DNA from: Oculina patagonica
Taxonomy: Eukaryota
Length of the DNA: 64,000 nucleotides
Direction: 5' to 3'
NCBI RefSeq assembly: GCF_052425735.1
Contig: NC_135761.1
Span: forward strand, 13,702,001 to 13,766,000
The notes beneath the pieces were generated by a model that was not told the DNA's origin, searched no databases, and was given only the letters and a program-made list of their open reading frames with translations. Position numbers and translations under genes: made by a program. Positions 49,812 to 62,496 of this stretch are shown piece after piece (within the stretch, counting starts at the first letter, position 1; each line of letters begins with the position of its first letter).

Positions 49812-52800
49812 GACCTAAGCGCGATCCCTGATCTGTAGGTTTTTCTCCAGGCTCCCTAATTTTACTCCTTATGCAAAAACCATCACTTTTAAACCTTGTT
49901 CGATCTGGAAACAGTGGATGAAGAAGCAGTCTGTGATTTTGCTGCCGCACAACTTATTTTGATTACTATTATCAATTTTTTTGCACACAATATTAAGCGG
50001 TTTTCATTTCTTTGGCGGTTTTTTTTCCGCGACCCCAATTATCGAGGGGCGAAATTTGCCCCTGGTGAAACAGTTTTCTACACGAGCTATAAAGAAGTTA
50101 AGGAAGCTCTTGAATTCAAATGGTCAGCAAACAAAGTTTTCCAATAAAGGGATATTTAAAGCATTTTTGAAGTAACAACCGTGAAACAGCGGCAGGGAAA
50201 GATCGCTATCATGACATATTACTCGCAGACTTTGGTAATATTTGCCGGCAGCGAACTTGAATTAATTAATCTTCAGCACTTATTCTGAAACAGCTGTTGG
50301 ACAAAAGAAAGGACGCTTTGGTCACGATATTCGGTTTTGTTGAACAGGAGTAAATATATAGAGAGAACAGATCGTTTTAAACGAGAGAAGATTATTTTAC
50401 TCCGTGTTTGTGAACTTTTGAAAAATTTGATTATTTTGTAAGCGTGCGCGTCGACTCGATGTAGTTAACAGTTATTGAAGTAGATGATATAAGTGTTCTC
50501 AATCTAAATATGTGATTAAAACTGAATAAGATAAGCTTTATAAGTGGTTGTTTACAAACTATGTGATAATCACTTTAAGTTTGTAAATCGCTGATAATTG
50601 TCTTTTCATGGCAGCTAAATTACCGCGAAACCGCAAAAACACAAACCAGGGGTCCATAGATTTCTGTTAAAACCCCATGTTTGGCCATCGCAAAACAATG
50701 TTTCGATTGTCGTCACCCTATGTAGACTCAACTTTTTTGAAAAAGAATGAAAAATAGATTCAATTAAAAGCCCGGACACGCTGCAATAAGCCGTGCATTA
50801 CACGCAACATTTTCACTCGAGTGCGACTGTGTCACCTCACGTCACGCAATATGGCCCGAAATGTTTCACCGTGTGTTCGGGATAAGTTTGCTCTGTGATC
50901 TTTTAATTTCTTTTACATGAAAGTTCAGCGACATGTTATAAATTGCCTCGTTGAAAGGAATTGCCCGACACCCTTTCCGTGTCGAAAATCGCGTCAGTCT
51001 TTCTCCGGACGGCCCACCAATTGAGATTTTATGGCGATAGAAAAAGAAGGCGCGGCAGTTGTGAATGTAAAACTGTGCATCAAGGACCCCAAACTCGATT
51101 TTCTATTGTTAGACGAAAGAAAGGTTCAGTGTGGACAACAAATAACTTGTGGAAATTTTGTTTTCGTCAGATGAGTTCGTCGGAAATTTACAATACTTTA
51201 TCAATTTTATATCCTCGCTTTCAACGCTCTTGCCAAATTTAATTAACGGTTCGTAGATTTTCAGCACCTACTACATAAACGAGAAAGATTCTTTCTAGTT
51301 TGTGTGTTATTTGCTAACATTACGAACCGTTTTACCTTGGCAGCACATAGGAAGTGTATCTTATTTTTGGCTTAAGAAAAAACTGTTTCTTTTTGTATCC
51401 AGATAATTAAGTTAACAGTTTTCTTAAATACATTACAGTGACCATATGGATTCTTCCTACATCTGACCCCTACATTTTGGCACACAAAATGGCAAAAGAA
51501 GTTGCAATGAAGTCGCCCTATTAACTAGAAAATGGAACCCAGTGCAATGCTAAAGATACACGCGAACGTGCTGCTTGTAGCAAATTAAAACAACGACAAA
51601 AAAATCGCAAAAAGTAATTGCTCAATACAAAGTTAAGCAACGAGGATCAGACAAAAATTTAAAAATGTGTAGAAGAACTGGAAAGTAAGTTTGATAAGAA
51701 AGCGAGTCACAATTAACTGCAGATGTCTACTCGGGGTAAATTGCAATGAAATTTTTATTTTAAAGGGTTTTTTCTTTTTGAAAAAAAAAAAACACCTTTA
51801 GAGGATCACGTACTCCTGGCGAATTAATTAACTTTATTATGCACAAGGAGTTGATAAGTTGATACAAAAAATAAATAGGTATATGCCGCCTGTTTTCTAA
51901 CGCCTGATACTGATCGAGTTAATAAGTTCTGTATTGACTATCAACACGAATTATGGATAAAAACGCGCCACTATTTACCCTTGTCGTATCTATATTGCCG
52001 ACCAATGTTATCGACTGGACCACTTACAAAGTTCGCACGAAAATTATTTCCTTGTTAATTACACACGCACGCTTATTTCAAGGTCAGATATACCATTGTC
52101 ATACACTTCTTTCAATGTTACTTTGAGAATGTGTCGATGAATAAAGACAATATCAGCTGATGATTTGCCTAACTCTTATCACCTGTCAGCTTTCCAAAGT
52201 AATGTTATTGTATGTAGATTTTAGTTATTGATCAGTCACGGTTATACTTTTGTCTATTATTTTGGTTTAGACATGTAAACTACTGGAAGAGCTGCTTAAA
52301 ATAAGCAAACGCACTAAGCTTAAGGGTTTTCTGTGTTATTTTCAGCAGTGTTAAATTCGTTCCTTTCTAAGTTGAATATCAAATGCTGCAAAACTGGCGA
52401 AGCGACAAGGTCTTTTAAAAGCGTTAAATTAAAGGACCTCACTTTGTTCTAAGCATTCTAGCGCCTAGATGACTACATCGTTGACTAGAACAAATACGTT
52501 GAAACAATATTACAATAATTGGACACTTTGAAAGCAAGATAACAATCTACAAAGTTAGAAAAAACTATTTATTTGAAGTCTATGACATTGAATTATCGCA
52601 CATCCTTGAAATAAATACCATCCAAATCTCACGCAGTAGTGAGAAAATAATATATGATGTCATCCTTGATGAGAATTTCACGATAAAGTTTTATATACTT
52701 GATATAAATTTTTTTCCATACAATTGGATCACGGGTTCGAAGTTTTATTACAAATAATTGGCCACGTGCAAGAACCTCTGTAACAATAATTATTCTGATA

Positions 52801-54046
52801 TTTTATTATCACCCAGACATAATTTAAGGAGCTGAACTAGTTCTAAAGAAAATATTTATATTTAAAAACCTTTCAAAGTTTTCTCTCTGTTTGTCCTGTG
52901 ACAGGTGTAAAGATAAAAGGTAACAAAAGAATTCCGTTTTGTATTCTTTGTGCAATAAAGAAAACTTTATATTTTGTAAACTATCTTCTTGTGAAAGAAT
53001 TTTACAATAAATAGACGCTATTTACATCGATAGTGAGCTCCACCTTAAAATTTGCCCATTGGTTAAAAAACAAAGGTTAAAAACAAGGCTGTTTTTCTCG
53101 AGCTAAAATTTCCAAATTGTAACAGAGATGTACTTTAAAACGTAATTAATTTATCACCCTGAGTCGTCAAAAATCTTTCCCCTAGTCAACGCTTTGTGTT
53201 ACACAGATATTCCAGCCGTTATACATCGTTTATATCAAATGAAAATAAAAAGTTTCTAATGGAAGGAAATTACTAGAAATCTAGAAAAAATAAACAACTA
53301 CGGGACATTTTTCGAGTTTGTTTTGCATTTTCTCCATGTTTAATTCAATAATAGCTCATTCTACCCAACATCGCTATGTAACAAAGCCCGCAAGGCAGCT
53401 GAATAAAGCTTTTAGTGAAAGAGTGCGCGGTGATTTTCGATTATATTTTAAGTTGAATTCTTGGTTAGAACTTTGTAAGTGCGAAAGTGCAAGCTCGCAT
53501 TTGACTATTTGTCAGACTGCTATAAGAATCAATACGCGTGTCTCGGTCATTAAGTGAGTGAAAATGCATTATATTTGTGGAGATAACAATGTGCAATCAA
53601 GGAGGCTGTAAAACGTATAACTGACGCTGAGCTATAGATGAACTGCCTTTGTTCAATTTCAAAACATCTCACTTCTTTAGTCGTCTAATTTTCACCTCCT
53701 TTCAATGCAATTAAACCGTGATCGACAATATACGCATTCTTTGTTTACTAACCCAAACGCCACAAACTTTTGACAAACTTTGCTTTGAAAGTTGACAACA
53801 GGCCGGCTTAGCTTAAAACTAAAAGCTAGATTAAAAATCAGCCTTCAGTTACTTAAAACGAGAAGTGGCAAAGAAAAACAGCTTGTTTCGACATCTTTTT
53901 GTAAAAGATGCGAAACTATACAAAACCCATGTCTCTTAGGTGAAAACGCTCAAAATGCAGTTTCTAGCATTTGTGTTTCGCTACGATGGCGAATAGAAGG
54001 TATTTCCTGAGTTTTTTAAGAGGAATTTAAAATGATCTTTTCCTAC

Positions 54047-54306
54047 CTGAGTTGTCCGTGGATTAGCTCGATCGTAATGAAATCTCCCTGAGAGCCGCTA
54101 CTGTGCACCATCAAGCCAGAAGGGCGGAATGTTTTAAACGAAAATGTGATGTGATTCGTCTTCGTTGCAATACTGTTGGAACGAAGATCGTAGGTAATGT
54201 AGCCTGTTCCTTCCATGTTTACTTCAACTGCCGAAGAAATACATGTTTGATCGACGATTATGATGAAGTATAAAACACATATCAAGAACCCCCGACATGA
54301 AGTCAT
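54047..54306 (-). CDS. Caspr/Neurexin-IV-like paralog 3, exon 1
   Basis: signal peptide + FSFKTFRPSGLMVH; phase-2 donor gtagga; three exons splice to 895 aa. Confidence 0.9.
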
Positions 54307-55542
54307 GTTGATTACGGCGTCAATTTCACGAGCCGTGTAGCACTCGAAGAGTTTGTCACACTTTCTCGGCTCTCCACAGCATTCGCTTATCTCGACTGTA
54401 TCTTTACGGAAAGAAAAACACTATTTGTTTCCACGAACCTTCTTTGGTTAATTAGCGGGAGAAACGCGCTAATAAGCGATAAATAGCACTCTGGAACACA
54501 AAGACACAATTGCAATAGCGTGCGATTGGATGATATTAATATATAGAGTTAATATGGTGCGCATTGAGACCAATCACATTTACGTTTGTGGGTTTTGTAA
54601 AACAAACCGCTCCGAGGTATCAATTCTCTGTATAAAGCTGCGGTTGTAGGCTCTGTAATGAACTGTATCGTGTTAGATTCTTTACGGCGTGCCATCTTGC
54701 TTGCTTTTTGAGCGATCAAACACCTTTCTTTTTATTTAAAAGTTCCAAAAGTCAATTCGCAATTTTTAAGTAAAAAAGTAGTTTATTTATCAAGCGTATA
54801 AAAATTCCATTTATTTATACTTTGAAACTTAGGGCTCCCACCTGCCGAGCTAGTTATGAAATTTGCTTAATTTTCGTCATATAAAAGAAAAAACACTATT
54901 TTTATAGCTAATTTCATGACCCGAGAACAAGTGAATTAATCTTTAAAATGCGTCGCTAAAAAATACTCCACTCAAATATAGTTTTCGTTCTCTGATCCAA
55001 TACGAGTAAGATAATTTCTTTGTTTTAGACAGGAAAAAAAACGTAATTCATTTAGACTTAACCCTCTGGTCAACAAATAAATAAAATTGGACATTGAAAC
55101 GGTTTTCATATGATTTCCGCAGGCTTAATTAAGACAACGGGCAGCTAATTCTACCTCGATGTATGCAGTTTGATATTTGTCTTAAGACATCACAAAACGG
55201 GTGATCTTTACCGGAAAAACGACAAACTGTAAGTCATAAAAGTGGATATTTCTAGTCCATATATAAAACCTTTTTTGGAGGAATCTAAATTATCTTCTTA
55301 AAGTACAAACAATTATCAAGGTTTCTTAGAAATATTAAATTAACGGTTAAAAATCTGTCTTAATTTCAGCAGGAAAAACGAATGCTTTCAGTATAACTCA
55401 AGTCACGGCTATTTCTTATTGCCAAAGGAAAAGAAATTTGAAAAAATGTCACTCAAAAAACTGAGCGTAATGTTTGAGTAGGGGCGGAAGAGGATAACAA
55501 ACAGTAGGAGACTCGGACGAGTATGTGATTATACCGAAATTA

Positions 55543-56042
55543 NNNNNNNNNNNNNNNNNNNNNNNNNNNNNNNNNNNNNNNNNNNNNNNNNNNNNNNNNN
55601 NNNNNNNNNNNNNNNNNNNNNNNNNNNNNNNNNNNNNNNNNNNNNNNNNNNNNNNNNNNNNNNNNNNNNNNNNNNNNNNNNNNNNNNNNNNNNNNNNNNN
55701 NNNNNNNNNNNNNNNNNNNNNNNNNNNNNNNNNNNNNNNNNNNNNNNNNNNNNNNNNNNNNNNNNNNNNNNNNNNNNNNNNNNNNNNNNNNNNNNNNNNN
55801 NNNNNNNNNNNNNNNNNNNNNNNNNNNNNNNNNNNNNNNNNNNNNNNNNNNNNNNNNNNNNNNNNNNNNNNNNNNNNNNNNNNNNNNNNNNNNNNNNNNN
55901 NNNNNNNNNNNNNNNNNNNNNNNNNNNNNNNNNNNNNNNNNNNNNNNNNNNNNNNNNNNNNNNNNNNNNNNNNNNNNNNNNNNNNNNNNNNNNNNNNNNN
56001 NNNNNNNNNNNNNNNNNNNNNNNNNNNNNNNNNNNNNNNNNN
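55543..56042. other. Assembly gap (exactly 500 N, probably a placeholder)
   Basis: run of n. Confidence 1.
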
Positions 56043-59000
56043 CGCTCAACGGACTGAGGAGAAAAAACTTAAAGGACTGTTCACAGTCTAGAGAAGGAAT
56101 GGCGCAGCTGTCAGAGAGCTCGCCTATCACCAATGTTACTAGGCTCGATTTCCGCCACCTTCTCGAATCCGGTCTTTGTTGAGCCCACAATGTGACCTAA
56201 CCTAGCCTGCGAGCAGGCTCACTTTGGGGCACGCGCGGGAGCGACACGGGAGCAGCGAAGCCGCGACAGGAGCTCACTTTATTGGCGCGTCTCCACCAGT
56301 CTCCTCCCCGTCTTATCGCGAGTCGCGCGTGCCCCGTTGTTGCTTTCGCGCGTGCCCCAAGGTGAGCCTGTTCGCAGGCTAGACCTAAGCACGATCCCTG
56401 ATCTGTAGGTTTTTCTCCAGGCTCCCCAGTTTTACTCCTTATGCAAAAACCATCACTTCTAAACTTTGTTCGATCTGGAAACAGTGGACGAAGAGGCAGT
56501 CTGTGATTTTGCTGCCGCACAATTTATTTTGATTGCTATCAACCATTTTTTTGCACACAATATTTAGCGGTTTTCTTTTCTTTGGAGGTTTTTTTCCCGC
56601 GACCCGCCTAATTAACGAGGGGCGAAATTTGCCCCTGGTGAAACATAGCTTTCTATGCGAGCTATAAAGAAGTTAAGAAAGCTCTTGAATTCAAATGGTC
56701 AGCAAACAAAGTTTTATAATAAAGGGATCTTTAAAGCATTTTTGAAGTAACAACCGTGAAACAGCGGCAGGAAAAGATCGCTATCATGACATATTACTTG
56801 CAGACTTTGATAATATTTGCCGGCAGCGAACTTGAATTAATTAATCTTCAGCACTATTCTGAAACAGCTGTTGGACAAAAGAAAGGACGCTTCGGTCACG
56901 ATATTCGGTTTTGTTGAACAGGAGTAAATATATAGAGAGAATAGATCGTTTTAAACGAGAGAAGATTATTTTACCCCGTGTTTGTGAACTTTTGGAAAAT
57001 TTGTTCATTTTGTAAGCGTGCGCGTCGACTCGATGTAGTTAACAGTTATTGAAGTAAATGATATAAGTGTTTTCAATCTAAATATGTGATTAAAACTGAA
57101 TAAGATAAGCTTTATAAGTGGTTGTTTACAAACAATGTGATAATCACTTTAAGTTTGTCTATCGCTGATAATTGTCTTTTCATGGCGGCTAAATTACCGC
57201 GAAACCGCAAAAACACACACCAGGGGTCCATAGATTTCTGTTAAAACCCCATGTTTGGCCACAGCAAAACAACGTTTCGTTTGTCTTCGCCCTATGTAGA
57301 CTCAACTATTTTGAAAAAGAGTGAAAATGGATCCAATTGAAAGCCCGGACACGTTGCAATTAACAGTACATTACACGCAACATTTTCACTCCAGTGCGAC
57401 CGTGTCATCTCACGCAATAAAACGCAATGTCGACGTTTCGCGCAATATGGCCTGAAATGTTTCACCGTGTGTTCGGGATAAGTTTTCTCTGTGATCTTTT
57501 AATTTCTTTTACATGAAAGTTCAGCGACATGTTATTAATTGCCTCGTTGAAAGGAATTGCCCGACATTATTACCGTGTCGAAAATCGCGTCAGTGTTTCT
57601 CCGGACGGCCCACCAATTGCGATTTTATGGCGATAGAAAAAGAAGGCGCGGCAGTTGTGAATGTAAAACTGTGCATCAAGGACCCCAAACTCGATTTTCT
57701 ATTGTTAGACGAAAGATAGGTTCAGTGTGGACAACAAATAACTTGTGGAAATTTTGTTTTCGTCAGATGAGTTCGTCGAAAATTTGCAAAACTTTATCAA
57801 TTTTATAACCTCGCTTTCAACGCTCTTGCCAAATTTAATTAACGGTTCGTAGATTTTCAGCACCTACTACATAAACGAGAAAGATTCTTTCTAGTTTGTG
57901 TGTTATTTGCTAACATTACGAACCGTTTTACCTTGGCAGCACATAGGACGTGTATCTTATTTTTGGCTTAAGAAAAAACTGTTTCTTTTTTTATCCAGAT
58001 AATTAAGTTGACAGTTTTCTTAAATACATTACAGTGACCATATGGATTCTTCCTACATCTGACCCCTACATTTTGGCACACAAAATGGCAAAAGAAGTTG
58101 CAATGAAGTCGCCCTATTAACTAGAAAATGGAACCCAGTGCAATGCTAAAGATACACGCGAACGTGCTGCTTGTAGCAAATTAAAACAACGACAAAAAAA
58201 TCGCAAAAAGTAATTGCTCAATACAAAGTTAGGCAACGAGGATCAGACAAAAATTTAAAAATGTGTAGAAGAACTGGAAAGTAAGTTTGTTAAGAAAGCG
58301 AGTCACAATTAACTGCAGATGTCTACTCGGGGTAAATTGCAATAAAAAATTTATTTCAAAGGGTTTTTTTTTTTGAAAAAAAAAAAACACCTTTAGAGGA
58401 TCACGTACTCCTGGCGAATTAATTAACTTAATTATGCACAAGGAGTTGATAAGTAGACATAAAATAATAAATAGGTATATGCCGCTTGCTTTCTAACGCC
58501 TGATACTGATCGAGTTAATATGTTCTGTATTGACTATCAACACAAATTATGGATAAAAACGCGGCACTATTTACGCTTGTCGTATCTTATATTGCCGACC
58601 AATGTTATCGACTGGACCACTTACAAAGTTCGCACGAAAATTATTTCCTTGTTAATTACACACGCACGCTTATTTCAAGGTCAGATATACCATTGTCATA
58701 CACTTCTTTCAATGTTACTTTGAGAATGTGTCGATGAATAAAGACTATATCAGCTGACGATTTGCCTAATTCTTATCACCTGTCAGCTTTCCAAAGTATT
58801 GTTATTGTATGGAGATTTCAGTTATTGATCAGTCACGGTTATACTTTTGTCTGTTATTTTGGTTTAGACATGTAAACTACTGAAAGAGCTGCTTAAAATA
58901 AGCAAACGCACTAAGCTTAAGGGTTTTCTGTGTTATTTTCAGCAGTGTTAAATTCGTTCCTTTCTAAGTTGAATATCAAATGCTGCAAAACTGGCGAAGC

Positions 59001-62000
59001 GACAAGGTCTTTTAAAAGCGTTAAATTAAAGGACCTCACTTTGTTCTAAGCATTCTAGCGCCTAGATGACTACATCGTTGACTAGAACAAATACGATGAA
59101 ACAATATTACAATAATCGGACACTTTGAAAGCAAGATAACAATCTACAAAGTTAGAAAAACTATTTATTTGAAGTCTATGACATTGAATTATCGCACATC
59201 CTTGAAATAAATACCATCCAAATCTCACGCAGTAGTGAGAAAATAATATATGGTGTCATCCTTGATGATATTGAAAAAAGTTCATATTTCACGATAAAGT
59301 TTTATATACTTGATATAAAATTTTTTCCATACAATTGGATCACGGGTTCGAAGTTTTATTACAAATAATTGGCCACGTGCAAGAACCTCTGTAACAATAA
59401 TTATTTTGATATTTTATTATCACCCAGACATAATTTAAGGAGCTGAACTAGTTCTAAAGAAAATATTTATATTTAAAAACCTTTCAAAGTTTTCTCTCTG
59501 TTTGTCCTGTGACAGGTGTAAATATAAAAGGTAACAAAAGATTTCCGTTTTGTATTCTTTGTGCAATAAAGAAAACTTTATATTTTGTAAACTATTTTCT
59601 TGTGAAAGAATTTTACAATAAATAGACGCTATTTACATCGAGAGTGAGCTCCACCTTAAAATTTGCCCATTGGTTAAAAAAACAAAGGATAAAAACAAGT
59701 CTGTTTTTCTCGAGCTTAAATTTCCAAATTGTAACAGAGATGTACTTTAAAACGTAATTAATTTATCACCCTGAGTCGTCACAAATCTTTACCCGAGTTA
59801 AAGCTTTGTGTAACAGAGATATTCCAGCGTTATACATTGTTAATATCAAATGAAAATAAAAAGTTTCTAATGGAAGGAAATTGCCAGAAAACTATAAAAA
59901 AACAACTACGGGACATTTTTCGAGTTTGTTTTGCATTTTATCCATGTTTAATTCAATAATAGCTCATTCTACCCAACATCGCTATGTAACAAAGCCCGCA
60001 AGGCAGCTGAATAAAGCTTTTAGTGAAAGAGTGCGCGGTGATTTTCGATTATATTTTAAGTTGAATTCTTGGTTAGAACTTTGTAAGTGCGAAAGTGCAA
60101 GCTCGCATTTGACTATTTGTCAGACTGCTATAAGAATCAATACGCGTGTCTCGGTCATTAAGTGAGTGAAAATGCATTATATTCGAGGAGATAACAATGT
60201 GCTATCAAGTATGCTGTAAAACGTATAACTGACGCTGAGCTATAGATGAACTGCCTTTGTTCAATTTCAAAACATCTCACTTCTTTAGTCGTCTAATTTT
60301 CACCTCCTTTCAATGCAATTAAACCGTGATCGACAATATACGCATTCTTTGTTTACTAACCCAAACGCCACGAACTTTTGACAAACTTTGCTTTGAAAGT
60401 TGACAACAGGCCGGCTTAGCTTGAAACTAAAAAATTAGATTAAAAATCAGCCTTAAGTTACTAAAAACGAGAAGTGAAAAACAGCTTGTTTCGACATCTT
60501 TTTGTAATAGATGCGAAACTATACAAAACCCATGTCTCTTAGGTGAAAACGCTCAAAATGATTCTAGCATTTTTGTTTCGCTACGATGGCGAATAGAAGG
60601 TATTTCCTGAGTTTTTTAAGAGGAATTTAAAATGATCTTTTCCTACCTGAGTTGTCCGTGGATTAGCTCGATCGTAATGAAATCTCCCTGAGAGCCGCTA
60701 CTGTGCACCATCAAGCCAGAAGGGCGGAATGTTTTAAACGAAAATGTGATGTGATTCGTCTTCGTTGCAATACTGTTGGAACGAAGATCGTAGGTAATGT
60801 AGCCTGTTCCTTCCATGTTTACTTCAACTGCCGAAGAAATACATGTTTGATCGACGATTATGATGAAGTATAAAACACATATCAAGAACCCCCGACATGA
60901 AGTCATGTTGATTACGGCGTCAATTTCACGAGCCGTGTAGCACGCGAAGAGTTTGTCACACTTTCTCGGCTCTCCACAGCATTCGCTTATCTCGACTGTA
61001 TCTTTACGGAAATAAAAACACTATTTGTTTCCACGAACCTTCTTTGGTTAATTAGCGGGAGAAACGCGCTAATAAGCGATAAATAGCACTCTGGAACACA
61101 AAGACACAATTGCAATAGCGTGCGATTGGATGATATTGATATATAGAGTTAATATGGTGCGCATTGAGACCAATCACATTTACGTTTGTGGGTTTTGTAA
61201 AACAAACCGCTCCGAGGTATCAATTCTCTGTATAAAGCTGCGGTTGTAGGCTCTGTAATGAACTATATCGTGTTAGATTCTTTACGGCGTGCCATCTTGC
61301 TTGCTTTTTGAGCGATCAAACAGCTTTCTTTTTATTTAAAAGTTCCAAAAGTCAATTCGCAATTTTTAAGTAAAAAAGTAGTTTATTTATCAAGCATATA
61401 AAAATTCCATTTATTTATACTTTGAAACTTAGGGCTCCCACCTGCCGAGCTAGTTATGAAATTTGCTTAATTTTCGTCATATAAAAGAAAAAACACTATT
61501 TTTATAGCTAATTTCATGACCCGAAAACAAGTGAATTAATCTTTAAAATGCGTCGCTAAAAAATACTCCACTCAAATATAGTTTTCGTTCTCTGATCCAA
61601 TACGAGTAAGATAATTTCTTTGTTTTAGACAGGAAAAAAAAACGTAATTCACTTAGACTTGTCCCTCTGGTCAACAAATAAATAAAATTGGACATTGAAA
61701 CGGTTTTCATATGATTTCCGCAGGCTTAATTAAGACAACGGGCAGCTAATTCTACCTCGGTGTATGCAGTTTGATATTACAAAACGGGTGATCTTTACCG
61801 GAAAAACGACAAACTGTAAGTCATAAAAGTGGATATTTCTAGTCCATATATAAAACCTTTTTTGGAGGAATCTGAATTTTCTTCTTAAAGTACAAACAAT
61901 TATCAAGGCTTCTTAGAAATATTAAATTAACGGTTAAAAATTTGTCTTAATTTCTCGTGAGTTAGAAAGGTGTTTTGTAAGTAGGAAAAACGAATGCTTT

Positions 62001-62123
62001 CAGTTCTCTATTTCTTATTGCCAAAGGAAAAGAAATTTGGACTGAGTGTAATGTTTGAGTTGGGGCGGAAAGAGATACAAACGGTAGGAGACTCGGCACG
62101 AGTATGTGATTATATCGAAATTA
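56043..62123 (+). repeat. Copy B of the ~6.1 kb direct duplication
   Basis: starts cgctcaacggactgagg, as at 49470; ends gaaatta, as at 55542. Confidence 0.95.
60647..60906 (-). CDS. Duplicate of paralog 3 exon 1 (probably allelic)
   Basis: translation identical to 54047-54306. Confidence 0.6.
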
Positions 62124-62124
62124 A

Positions 62125-62496
62125 AGGGACCCTGTCACGGCGATTTTAATGCTTTTCGGTAACAAGTATCAAAATTGGCGAATAGGTCTTCTCGTACATA
62201 AAATGCACCTAGTACTTCAAAGAGATATAAAGTAAATTGTTTTTAAAGGAAGAAGGGACCCATTATAATTTTTAGGTGTTTTTTTTCCAGTCCACAAGGA
62301 CAAAACTTGAAAAAATCAGCCTGATTTCTTCAAGTTGAGATCTAAAGTTCATGATGGCATCACAATAATATCACTTGTTTATCGCTTCAGTACACTTGCA
62401 TGATGATTTTAAACAAAATTGGACCACTATTCGTAGCTTCCATATGTCTTTAGGCTTTTGCGGTTTTGAAGTGAAACTGGTGACAGTGTCGACCCT
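62125..62496. mobile_element. TTAA-type MITE, inverted copy of 38906-39279
   Basis: ttaa on both flanks; agggaccctgtcac / gtgacagtgtcgaccct. Confidence 0.8.

Larger units (their letters stand above)
49470..55542 (+). repeat. Copy A of the ~6.1 kb direct duplication
   Basis: collinear with 56043-62123, with scattered substitutions and small indels. Confidence 0.95.

Noticed and set aside
55525-56190. Long ORFs spanning N runs (also 32214-32620)
   Set aside because: Artefacts of translating assembly gaps
60647-60906. A fourth receptor paralog
   Set aside because: Only exon 1 is present, identical in translation to paralog 3, within a probable haplotype duplication
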